From NCBI RefSeq assembly GCF_056746865.1, contig NZ_CM163382.1: a stretch of 64,000 nucleotides of DNA; one strand, 5' to 3'. Shown piece after piece: positions 9,581 to 18,015 of this stretch; position 1 is the stretch's first letter, and every line of letters begins with the position of its first letter. A model generated the notes under the pieces. It made no database searches. It worked only from the letters and a program-made list of their open reading frames with translations, and was not told the origin of the DNA. The position numbers and the translations under genes were made by a program.

Positions 9581-12280
9581 ATGCGTAAATATCCTTTAAG
9601 TTTACTGAAGGATAAAAATATTGTGACTTTTTTTGATTTCTGGGGAAAAACCCGACGCGGCGAGAAAGACGGGGGCGACGACTATCACCTTCTTTGCTGG
9701 CATTCGCTGGATGTAGCCGCGATGGGCTATTTAATGGTTAAAAGCAATTGCTTCGGACTGGCTGACTATTTTCGTCAATTAGAGATTTCTGACAAGGAAC
9801 AGGCGGCTCAATTTTTCGCCTGGTTGTTGTGCTGGCACGATACTGGTAAATTTGCCCGCTCATTTCAGCAACTTTACCTGCACCCGAAACTCAGGGTTCC
9901 GGAAGGTGCTAGAAAAAATTACGAAAAAATCTCTCATTCAACGCTGGGCTACTGGTTGTGGCATCATTATTTAAGTGAATGTCAGGAGTTACTTCCTTCC
10001 TCTTCACTCTCTCCCCGCAAACTTACACGTGTAATAGCGATGTGGATGCCCATAACTACCGGGCATCATGGTCGCCCGCCTGACCGTATTGATGAACTGG
10101 ATAATTTTCTGCCTGAAGACAAAGCTGCCGCGCGAGATTTTCTTCTTGAAATCAAACCACTGTTTCCGCTCATAGAGATCCCCGCATTCTGGGATGATGA
10201 TGAGGGCATTGAACTTATAAAACACCTTTCCTGGTATATCTCTGCAACCGTCGTACTCGCAGACTGGACGGGATCGTCAGCGCGGTTTTTTCCACGCGTT
10301 GCACAGGCAATGGATATTAAAGATTACTGGCAGAAGGCTTTAGTTCAGGCTCAAAACGCCTTAACCGTCTTTCCTCCAAAAGCACAAACCGCGCCTTTCA
10401 CCGGAATTAATACGCTGTTTCCTTTTATTGAGAATCCGACACCGTTACAGCAAAAGGTGCTGGATCTGGATATCAGCCAGCCAGGGCCACAGTTATTTAT
10501 TCTGGAAGATGTGACTGGCGCAGGTAAAACGGAAGCGGCGCTTATCCTGGCGCACAGGTTGATGGCTGCGGGTAAAGCGCAGGGTTTGTTTTTTGGCCTG
10601 CCAACAATGGCAACGGCCAATGCCATGTACGATCGACTGGTCAAAACCTGGCTTGCTTTCTATTCGCCAGAGTCCCGCCCCAGCCTGGTGCTGGCACACA
10701 GTGCCCGAACATTAATGGACCGCTTTAATGAATCACTCTGGTCCGGTGATTTAGTCGGGTCAGAAGAACCGGATGAACAAACGTTCAGTCAGGGATGTGC
10801 GGCCTGGTTTGCCGACAGTAACAAGAAGGCGCTACTGGCTGAAATTGGCGTCGGCACGCTGGATCAGGCGATGATGGCTGTGATGCCGTTCAAACATAAT
10901 AATCTGCGGCTTCTGGGACTGAGTAACAAAATCCTGCTGGCTGATGAGATCCATGCCTGTGACGCTTACATGTCATGCATTCTTGAAGGGCTGATCGAGC
11001 GGCAGGCGCGTGGCGGAAACAGCGTCATTTTGCTTTCTGCCACGTTATCTCAACAGCAGTGCGACAAACTCGTTGCTGCCTTTGCGCGTGGTACAGAGGG
11101 CCAGCAAGAAGCTCCGTTCCTGGAAAAGGATGATTACCCCTGGCTGACGCACGTTACGAAATCCGATGTGCATTCACACCGGGTAGCGACGCGCAAAGAC
11201 GTTGAGCGTAGCGTGAGCGTGGGTTGGCTTCATAGCGAACAAGAATGTATTGCGCGTATCGAATCGGCAGTAAGTCAGGGGAAATGCATCGCCTGGATCC
11301 GGAATTCTGTCGATGACGCTATTAAGGTTTATCGTCAGTTGCTTGCCCGCGGCGTCATTCCTGCTTCCAGCCTTTCTCTGTTTCATAGCCGCTTTGCTTT
11401 TAGCGATCGCCAGCGAATTGAAACGGAAACGCTGGCACGCTTCGGTAAAGAAGATAGCTCACAGCGTGCCGGAAAAGTCCTCATTTGTACTCAGGTCTTA
11501 GAGTCGAGCGTTGATTGCGATATGGACGAAATGATTTCCGACCTGGCCCCTGTTGATTTGCTGATCCAGCGAGCGGGGCGATTACAGCGGCATATCCGCG
11601 ATATTAATGGTCAGTTAAAGCGTGACGGAAAAGACGAGCGTTCCCCTCCTGAATTGCTGATTCTGGCCCCCGTCTGGGACGACGCTCCAGGTGACGAATG
11701 GTTCGGCAGTGCCATGCGTAACAGTGCATATGTCTATCCCGATCATGGACGAATCTGGCTGACGCAGCGTGTACTGCGTGAGCAAGGCGCTATTCAAATG
11801 CCACACGCAGCCCGCCTTCTTATTGAATCAGTCTACGGTGAGGACGTGGTAATGCCGGAAGGATTTGCCCGCAGCGAGCAGGAGCAAGTGGGCAAATATT
11901 ACTGCGATCGCGCAATGGCTAAAAAGTTTGTGCTGAACTTCAGGCCTGGCTATGCCGCCAATATCAACGATTACCTTCCGGAAAAGCTGTCGACACGTCT
12001 GGCGGAGGAGTCTGTTTCCCTGTGGCTGGCTACCTGTATTGCCAGTGTGGTGAAGCCTTATGCCAACGGTGCTCACGCATGGGAAATGAGCGTTGTCAGA
12101 GTGCGTCGAAGCTGGTGGAAAAAACATCGGGATGAGTTTTCTTTACTGGAAGGGGAAGCGTTCAGGCAGTGGTGCATTGAACAGCGGAAAGATCCGGAGA
12201 TGGCAAACGTGATTTTAGTTACCGATGACGAAAGTTGCGGGTATTCGGCTATGGAAGGATTGACTGGCAAGGTTGGTTGA
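9581..12280 (+). CDS. cas3: CRISPR-associated nuclease/helicase Cas3 (type I)
   Basis: 899 aa ORF with an N-terminal HD domain (HSLDVAAM...HDTGKF), helicase Walker A (DVTGAGKTEA) and a DExH box (LLADEIH). Confidence 0.9.
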   Translation: MRKYPLSLLKDKNIVTFFDFWGKTRRGEKDGGDDYHLLCWHSLDVAAMGYLMVKSNCFGLADYFRQLEISDKEQAAQFFAWLLCWHDTGKFARSFQQLYLHPKLRVPEGARKNYEKISHSTLGYWLWHHYLSECQELLPSSSLSPRKLTRVIAMWMPITTGHHGRPPDRIDELDNFLPEDKAAARDFLLEIKPLFPLIEIPAFWDDDEGIELIKHLSWYISATVVLADWTGSSARFFPRVAQAMDIKDYWQKALVQAQNALTVFPPKAQTAPFTGINTLFPFIENPTPLQQKVLDLDISQPGPQLFILEDVTGAGKTEAALILAHRLMAAGKAQGLFFGLPTMATANAMYDRLVKTWLAFYSPESRPSLVLAHSARTLMDRFNESLWSGDLVGSEEPDEQTFSQGCAAWFADSNKKALLAEIGVGTLDQAMMAVMPFKHNNLRLLGLSNKILLADEIHACDAYMSCILEGLIERQARGGNSVILLSATLSQQQCDKLVAAFARGTEGQQEAPFLEKDDYPWLTHVTKSDVHSHRVATRKDVERSVSVGWLHSEQECIARIESAVSQGKCIAWIRNSVDDAIKVYRQLLARGVIPASSLSLFHSRFAFSDRQRIETETLARFGKEDSSQRAGKVLICTQVLESSVDCDMDEMISDLAPVDLLIQRAGRLQRHIRDINGQLKRDGKDERSPPELLILAPVWDDAPGDEWFGSAMRNSAYVYPDHGRIWLTQRVLREQGAIQMPHAARLLIESVYGEDVVMPEGFARSEQEQVGKYYCDRAMAKKFVLNFRPGYAANINDYLPEKLSTRLAEESVSLWLATCIASVVKPYANGAHAWEMSVVRVRRSWWKKHRDEFSLLEGEAFRQWCIEQRKDPEMANVILVTDDESCGYSAMEGLTGKVG

Positions 12281-12371
12281 GATGCCTGCGACAGGGCTCT
12301 CTGAATAGTTGATACACCGAAAAGGATGGAATGATGGACAACCGACCTAGGATGGTCTTTTTTACGAGAGG

Positions 12372-13940
12372 ATGCGTATGAACTCGTTTTCACTTCTGAC
12401 AACCCCGTGGTTGCCCGTTCGTTATAAAGACGGAACGACAGGCAAACTGGCGCCTGTCGATCTGGCGGATGAAAATGTTGTCGATATTGCTGCGCCACGG
12501 GCAGATCTCCAGGGAGCGGCATGGCAGTTTTTGCTGGGGCTACTACAAACCAGCTTTGCGCCAAAAGATCATCGTCGTTGGGATGATATCTGGGAAGACG
12601 GACTGGAATCTGAAAAGCTACGGGAAGCATTGCTGTCCTTAGAACACGCTTTCCAGTTTGGGCCAGATTCCCCTTCATTTATGCAGGATTTCGAGGCGCT
12701 CACAGGAGATAAAGTTCAGGTCGCTTCGCTACTGCCTGAGATTCCCGGCGCTCAAACAACGAAGTTTAATAAAGACCACTTTATCAAGCGTGGTGTAACG
12801 GAATACCTGTGCCCACATTGTTCTGCGTTAGCTCTGTTCTCCCTACAGTTAAATGCGCCGTCAGGTGGTAAAGGCTACCGCACCGGTTTACGCGGCGGTG
12901 GGCCGATGACCACTCTGATTGAATTACAGGAATATCAGGGCAATCAACAAACGCCCTTGTGGCGCAAACTGTGGCTCAATGTGATGCCGCAGGACGAAGC
13001 CGACTTACCGCTACCCAAAAAATTTGACGATCTGGTTTTCCCCTGGCTTGGCCCGACGCGTACCAGCGAACTGGCCGGTGCGGTGGTAACCGATGATCAG
13101 GTTAATAAACTCCAGGCGTACTGGGGAATGCCGCGGCGTATTCGTATTGATTTTAATACCACGACAGTCGGCAACTGCGATATTTGCGGCGAGCAGAACG
13201 ACGCGCTCCTGAGCCTGATGACGACCAAAAATTACGGCGCGAATTATGCCATGTGGCAGCATCCCTTAACGCCTTACCGTGTACCCCTTAAAGAGGGCGG
13301 CGAGTTTTACTCGGTCAAACCACAACCAGGCGGTTTAATCTGGCGCGACTGGTTAGGCCTTATCGAAACGGGTAAATCAGAAAACAATACGGAACTTCCC
13401 GCGCTGGTGGTGAAACTCTTTAATGCCAGCAGTCTCAAGCAGGCAAAAGTGGGCCTGTGGGGATTTGGTTATGATTTTGACAACATGAAAGCGCGCTGTT
13501 GGTACGAACACCATTTTCCGCTGCTGCTCGATAAAAAAGAAGGCCAGATACCGAAGCTGCGGCTGGCTGCGCAAACGGCTTCACGGATTCTGAGTCTGTT
13601 ACGGAGTGCATTGAAAGAAGCGTGGTTCTCCGATCCAAAAGGTGCACGGGGTGATTTCAGTTTTGTGGATATCGACTTCTGGAACAAAACTCAGCATCGC
13701 TTCCTGAGGTTAGTGCGCCACATTGAAGAAGGTCAGGATGCGGATGAATTACTCAGCAAATGGCAAAAGGAAATTTGGTTATTCGCGCGTCAGGATTTTG
13801 ACGAGCGTGTCTTCACCAATCCATATGAGCCCGTTGATTTGAAACGCGTCATGACCGCGCGCAAGAAATATTTTACAACATCGGCGGAGAAGCAAAATGC
13901 TAAAGCCGCCAGGGAGAAAAAGCAGGAGGCTGCTGAATGA
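12372..13940 (+). CDS. cse1: Cascade large subunit Cse1 (CasA), type I-E
   Basis: 522 aa ORF directly after cas3; the central segment GKGYRTGLRGGGPMTTLIELQ resembles the conserved Cse1 glycine-rich region. Confidence 0.85.
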   Translation: MRMNSFSLLTTPWLPVRYKDGTTGKLAPVDLADENVVDIAAPRADLQGAAWQFLLGLLQTSFAPKDHRRWDDIWEDGLESEKLREALLSLEHAFQFGPDSPSFMQDFEALTGDKVQVASLLPEIPGAQTTKFNKDHFIKRGVTEYLCPHCSALALFSLQLNAPSGGKGYRTGLRGGGPMTTLIELQEYQGNQQTPLWRKLWLNVMPQDEADLPLPKKFDDLVFPWLGPTRTSELAGAVVTDDQVNKLQAYWGMPRRIRIDFNTTTVGNCDICGEQNDALLSLMTTKNYGANYAMWQHPLTPYRVPLKEGGEFYSVKPQPGGLIWRDWLGLIETGKSENNTELPALVVKLFNASSLKQAKVGLWGFGYDFDNMKARCWYEHHFPLLLDKKEGQIPKLRLAAQTASRILSLLRSALKEAWFSDPKGARGDFSFVDIDFWNKTQHRFLRLVRHIEEGQDADELLSKWQKEIWLFARQDFDERVFTNPYEPVDLKRVMTARKKYFTTSAEKQNAKAAREKKQEAAE

Positions 13941-14473
13941 GTATTGTAAAAGAGGAGCACAAAGCCACGCTGCGTAAATGGCACGAAGAGTTGCAGGAAA
14001 AACGCGGCAATCGTGCCAGTCTGCGGCGTAGCACAACGGTTAATGATGTTTGTCTGTCAGAAGGGTTTCGTTCTCTGCTGATGCAGACCCACACTTTGTG
14101 GAAAATTGAAGCACAAGAGTGGCGTTTTACCGCACTGGCGCTGGTCGCCGCAGTTAGCGCCAATGTTAAAGCTATTGATGAACGGCAGCCTTTTGCCGCG
14201 CAGCTGGCGGCGGTAATGTCGGAGGGGCGTTTTACTCGCCTGTCGGCAGTAAAAACGCCTGATGATTTACTGCGTCAGTTACGTCGCGCGGTCAAATTAT
14301 TAAATGGTTCCGTCAATCTTATCTCTTTGGCAGAAGATATTTTCCGCTGGTGCCAGGAGAGCGACGACCTGCTCAATCATCACCGCCGCCAGCAGCGGCC
14401 AACAGAATTTATCCGTATCCGCTGGGCGCTGGAATATTACCAGGCTGGCGACGCCGATAACGAACAAAATTAA
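13937..14473 (+). CDS. cse2: Cascade small subunit Cse2 (CasB), type I-E
   Basis: 178 aa basic helical protein; 4-nt overlap with the cse1 stop. Confidence 0.85.
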   Translation: MSIVKEEHKATLRKWHEELQEKRGNRASLRRSTTVNDVCLSEGFRSLLMQTHTLWKIEAQEWRFTALALVAAVSANVKAIDERQPFAAQLAAVMSEGRFTRLSAVKTPDDLLRQLRRAVKLLNGSVNLISLAEDIFRWCQESDDLLNHHRRQQRPTEFIRIRWALEYYQAGDADNEQN

Positions 14474-14487
14474 TAAAGGACTATCTC

Positions 14488-15543
14488 ATGACGACATTTA
14501 TTCAGCTTCATTTGTTAACCGCTTACCCTGCTGCCAACCTTAACCGTGATGACACCGGTGCGCCAAAAACTGTGGTACTGGGTGGAGCAACGCGTCTGCG
14601 CGTTTCCTCACAAAGTCTGAAACGTGCGTGGCGCACTTCTGCACTTTTTGAACAGGCACTGGCGGGCCATATTGGTATTCGCAGTGGGCGTATTGCGCGT
14701 GAGGCGGCAACTATCCTGATTGAGAAAGGCATCGAAGAGAAAAAAGCCATCGAATGGGCGGCAAAAATTGCGGATTATCTTGGGAAAGCTAAAAACGACA
14801 AAAAACCAAAAGATCCGCTCACTAACGCCGAAACTGAACAGCTAGTCCATATCAGCCCGGCAGAATTTGACGCCGTAAAAGCGCTGGCCCATCAACTGGC
14901 CGAAGAAAAGCGCGCGCCAAAAGAGGAAGATCTCGCTTTGTTACGTAAAGATCGCATGGCGGTAGATATCGCTATGTTTGGTCGTATGCTGGCGAATAAA
15001 CCCGAATTTAATGTTGAAGCCGCCTGCCAGGTCGCGCATGCATTTGGTGTCAGTGAAACGATTGTCGAAGATGATTTTTTCACCGCCGTTGATGATTTGC
15101 GCCAGGCTTCTGAAGATGCCGGTGCCGGGCATCTTGGTGAAACCGGATTCGGTTCTGCGCTGTTCTACACCTATATCTGCATCGATAAAGATCTGCTGGT
15201 CGAAAACCTCGGCGGTGACGAAGCGTTAGCTAATCAGACCTTGCGCGCCTTTACGGAAGCCGCACTTAAAGTCTCCCCAACCGGCAAACAGAACAGCTTT
15301 GCCAGCCGTGCCTACGCCTCCTGGGCGCTGGCAGAAAAAGGCACTGAACAACCACGCTCTCTGGCGGCGGCTTTCTATGAACCCATTAATGGCACCCGGC
15401 AGTTAGATGTGGCGGTGCAGCGTATTACAACGCTTCGCGAAAATATGAATACGGTCTATGAACAGAAGACCGAATGCGCAAGCTTTGACGTGATGAACAA
15501 ACAGGGAAGCATGAAGGACGTGCTGGACTTTATCTGCGCGTAA
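14488..15543 (+). CDS. cas7: Cascade backbone subunit Cas7 (CasC/Cse4), type I-E
   Basis: 351 aa ORF with N-terminus MTTFIQLHLLTAYPAANLNRDDTGAPKTV...LRVSSQSLKRAWR matching the Cas7e N-terminal consensus. Confidence 0.85.
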   Translation: MTTFIQLHLLTAYPAANLNRDDTGAPKTVVLGGATRLRVSSQSLKRAWRTSALFEQALAGHIGIRSGRIAREAATILIEKGIEEKKAIEWAAKIADYLGKAKNDKKPKDPLTNAETEQLVHISPAEFDAVKALAHQLAEEKRAPKEEDLALLRKDRMAVDIAMFGRMLANKPEFNVEAACQVAHAFGVSETIVEDDFFTAVDDLRQASEDAGAGHLGETGFGSALFYTYICIDKDLLVENLGGDEALANQTLRAFTEAALKVSPTGKQNSFASRAYASWALAEKGTEQPRSLAAAFYEPINGTRQLDVAVQRITTLRENMNTVYEQKTECASFDVMNKQGSMKDVLDFICA

Positions 15544-15553
15544 GGGGCGGCTA

Positions 15554-15628
15554 ATGAGCCAATATTTGATTTTTCAGCTTCATGGGCCAATGGCATCCTG
15601 GGGCGTCGATGCCCCGGCGAAGGGAACA
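15554..15628 (+). pseudogene. cas5: 5' fragment of cas5 (casD); coding similarity ends after about 25 codons
   Basis: Translation MSQYLIFQLHGPMASWGVDAPAKG matches the Cas5e N-terminus (MxxYLIxxLxGPMxxWG), but the remainder (TIQHHTRPVIARILRVLKSILYTFLYTF...) is non-Cas-like and runs into repeats. No cas6e/cas1/cas2 follow. Confidence 0.6.
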
Positions 15629-15685
15629 ATACAACATCACACAAGGCCAGTAATAGCGCGAATCCTGCGAGTTCTAAAATCAATT

Positions 15686-15709
15686 CTATACACATTTCTA
15701 TACACATTT
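15686..15709. repeat. 12-bp tandem direct repeat (tctatacacatt x2) at the element's left end
   Basis: Exact tandem duplication read directly from the sequence. Confidence 0.4.
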
Positions 15710-16113
15710 ATCCCTCGCTTGAGGGTTATGCGTCATCGTTATCGGCTATCTCGCTGGTGGATGATCACGGATGGCCTGATATCTACAGCCGCCTTAAAAA
15801 GCTGTACCCGACAAGCATTACTGCGTATCGGGTTCGTTCGCTCTTTCTACTCGTGGCAGATGAGTTTATCGGTGTGATTTTATCGGGCGAGGGTATTGTA
15901 TCAGGCATCCCCTTTTCTATGCAGATTTGCATAGTTCCGAATGGTGGCGTTATGGAAGCCTCCCATATCAGCATCATGCCCACCAGCGTGAAGTATTTTT
16001 TTATTTCGCGGGTGTAAAAATTTGACGAGGCGGGCGGTCCCATAAGCAATGGATTGTAGGGATTTCGCTCCCCCCCTCCTGAATGCAATTTTTCGTATAT
16101 ATATACAAAACAG

Positions 16114-16269
16114 TGCGGGTTATGCGGGTTACCGGGTTATCTTAGTATGCTAACTATTTTTTGTTCTTTAGTATCAATATGTTGCAAAATACACTGTTCA
16201 TTATTCAAGCATCACATAACCCGCAAAACATCCCAAATAACCCGCAAACGCCCCAAAATAACCCGCAAA
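16114..16269. repeat. Iteron cluster A (crr-like cis replication region)
   Basis: Three direct copies gcgggtta(t/c) at 16114-16140, an AT-rich spacer of about 75 bp, then three inverted copies ataacccgcaaa at 16216, 16237 and 16258 (21-bp spacing). Confidence 0.6.
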
Positions 16270-16876
16270 CACATTGCTGAAAGCAGGGGTTGATAGTTCC
16301 ACTGGTGCCACAGAACGGCTGAATACGGTAACTGTTGCTGGTGGTCTGTCCTGTTGTCGTTCCAGTCTCATCAAATTGAGAGGCAAGACAAAGTGCATTT
16401 TTGCACTATAGCCAAAGCCTCATAAAACAGAGTTACCCCCACAGGCTGGCAAACCATTACCCAACGCAATTAAGTGCGTCAGAATCGATTACAGCGCGTT
16501 CCTGTGGCACGTTGTTGCCGTTCTCAGCAGTGAAAGGAGAGAGTGAAAAGCGCATATCTATTACTGTTGAGGGGTGTAGCGGCATATATCGCGAATATCC
16601 ACGCCCTTAATCCCGATACCGTCACGGCGCATTGAGATCCACCAGAAGATTAAGATAGTTTTTACCTGAAATTATCCAAATAATTGTTTTAACTGATTAA
16701 TTTTTCGAATATCTATTGTTAGGGAATAAATCATCAGATACACCATAAAACGACATCTTTCAGGGTGTAGAAGATGCAAAGCCGGTACTGAAGAAAAGAC
16801 AAAGAATATGAATGGCTGGCCACACGATGGAAGGATTGTCCATTGAAGGATAAATCCCCGTGGTACAAGTTTTGGT

Positions 16877-16900
16877 AAGCCCGCAGCGCGGGCTTTTTTG
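16877..16900 (+). terminator. Intrinsic terminator (aagcccgc-agc-gcgggctt + T6)
   Basis: Perfect GC-rich hairpin followed by tttttt; ends a roughly 250 bp region without a convincing ORF. Confidence 0.5.
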
Positions 16901-16971
16901 TGGACGAAACAAAAGTCAGTGCTACATTCATTGACGCCACATCGAGGTGGCTTATAGATGGAAATTTCACA

Positions 16972-17133
16972 ATGAAAAAAGCATTTGCTGCACTGTTCGT
17001 TTTGTTGTCTCTGGTAGCTTCAACTCAGGCCTTTGCCGGTCGTTGTCAGCACGACAGCGATACTGCCGCTGACGGCTCCCGCTGCGGTGGGCGTTCTGCG
17101 GATTCCCGCCCGGGCGGCGGTGGCATTCGTTAA
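16972..17133 (+). CDS. Small secreted Gly/Arg-rich protein (hypothetical)
   Basis: 53 aa: MKKAFAALFVLLSLVASTQAFA signal peptide followed by a Gly/Arg/Cys-rich tail; the internal start of the 16900..17133 ORF is preferred because of the signal peptide. Confidence 0.35.
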   Translation: MKKAFAALFVLLSLVASTQAFAGRCQHDSDTAADGSRCGGRSADSRPGGGGIR

Positions 17134-17138
17134 AAACA

Positions 17139-17160
17139 AGGCCGCGAAAGCGGCCTGTTT
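17139..17160. terminator. Bidirectional intrinsic terminator between convergent genes
   Basis: Hairpin aggccgc-gaaa-gcggcct with A/T-rich flanks on both sides, between the 16972..17133 (+) and 17163..18014 (-) genes. Confidence 0.5.
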
Positions 17161-17162
17161 GA

Positions 17163-18014
17163 TCACTGTGCAGTTTTCGCTGATCGATTTTCAGCTCTAA
17201 ATTCAAGAACCGTTTCAATATTTCTTTCCTTCAGCATATCAATAACATTTTTATTCATTTGACTATCACTGGTTAATAACTGGTAAACGTTGCTTCTCTC
17301 TTTATCAGAATTTTCTTTAACAGCTGCTTTGCATGCCAAATGCTTATTGAAATTTTCTACATCGCTAGTACAGGAATTTACGGCTGCTGATGAAATATCA
17401 GACGCTGAAGAAACACCATCATCCAAACGTTTTATAGCATTTTCTATACATGAGTTAAGGGAATAAACGACAACTGAGCGATACCCTTCAGACGCACACC
17501 ATTCTAAATTTCTTGAAGGATCGAGTGGTTTTACTTCGCTGGATTGAATTAACTTGTCAAAAACTGACTTATATTCAATCTGTTTTTTATCTATAGCCCA
17601 TACTTCAGTAGCTGATTTATAATTCCCCGTATGCCTATTAACATCAAATCCATGTTTTATAAGCAAATCTGCCCATGAAAGATTTATTGATTCATTGTTA
17701 TGAGGCCATTTTCCTGTCAGAACCGCCCCCATAGACCCCATATATCCGCCATATGATGGTATAGCACCATGGCTCAGTAACTTCTCAGCAACCACAGGGC
17801 AATTAATTACATAAGAGGCGTAAAGCCCATTCCATAAAGCCCCTCTATAGTAATCGCCACGATTAGGTTCTTTTAAGTCGATAGCCTTTGATAATTGTTC
17901 ACACGTTTTGCATGCATCAAAGTTATCCTTATTGCATTGCAATGAACTGGCGGCTGTAGGATTTACAGAGACTATTGAAAGCACTATGCCAAAAAACAAA
18001 TTTATTTTTTTCAT
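17163..18014 (-). CDS. Secreted Cys-rich protein of unknown function (third gene of cargo operon)
   Basis: 283 aa; N-terminal signal peptide MKKINLFFGIVLSIVSVNPTAAS, multiple Cys pairs, possible ankyrin-like helical repeats (weak); start lies 1 nt after the stop of the 1129 aa gene. Confidence 0.7.
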   Translation of the reverse strand: MKKINLFFGIVLSIVSVNPTAASSLQCNKDNFDACKTCEQLSKAIDLKEPNRGDYYRGALWNGLYASYVINCPVVAEKLLSHGAIPSYGGYMGSMGAVLTGKWPHNNESINLSWADLLIKHGFDVNRHTGNYKSATEVWAIDKKQIEYKSVFDKLIQSSEVKPLDPSRNLEWCASEGYRSVVVYSLNSCIENAIKRLDDGVSSASDISSAAVNSCTSDVENFNKHLACKAAVKENSDKERSNVYQLLTSDSQMNKNVIDMLKERNIETVLEFRAENRSAKTAQ

Positions 18015-18015
18015 C

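Noticed and set aside
12073-12678. 201 aa minus-strand ORF overlapping the cas3 end and cse1 start
   Set aside because: Antisense to two intact cas genes; considered a chance ORF.
15554-15877. 107 aa ORF starting at the cas5 start codon
   Set aside because: Only the first roughly 25 residues resemble Cas5; the rest is read-through into island DNA (tandem repeats, non-coding-looking), so it is called a truncated pseudogene.
15757-16088. Overlapping ORFs of 86 aa (+) and 101 aa (-) at the island's left end
   Set aside because: Mutually overlapping, without SD sequences, and in a region that looks like an element end; insufficient evidence for coding.
16401-16610. 69 aa ORF between iteron cluster A and the terminator
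   Set aside because: No SD, odd composition, and it lies in a probable non-coding regulatory region.
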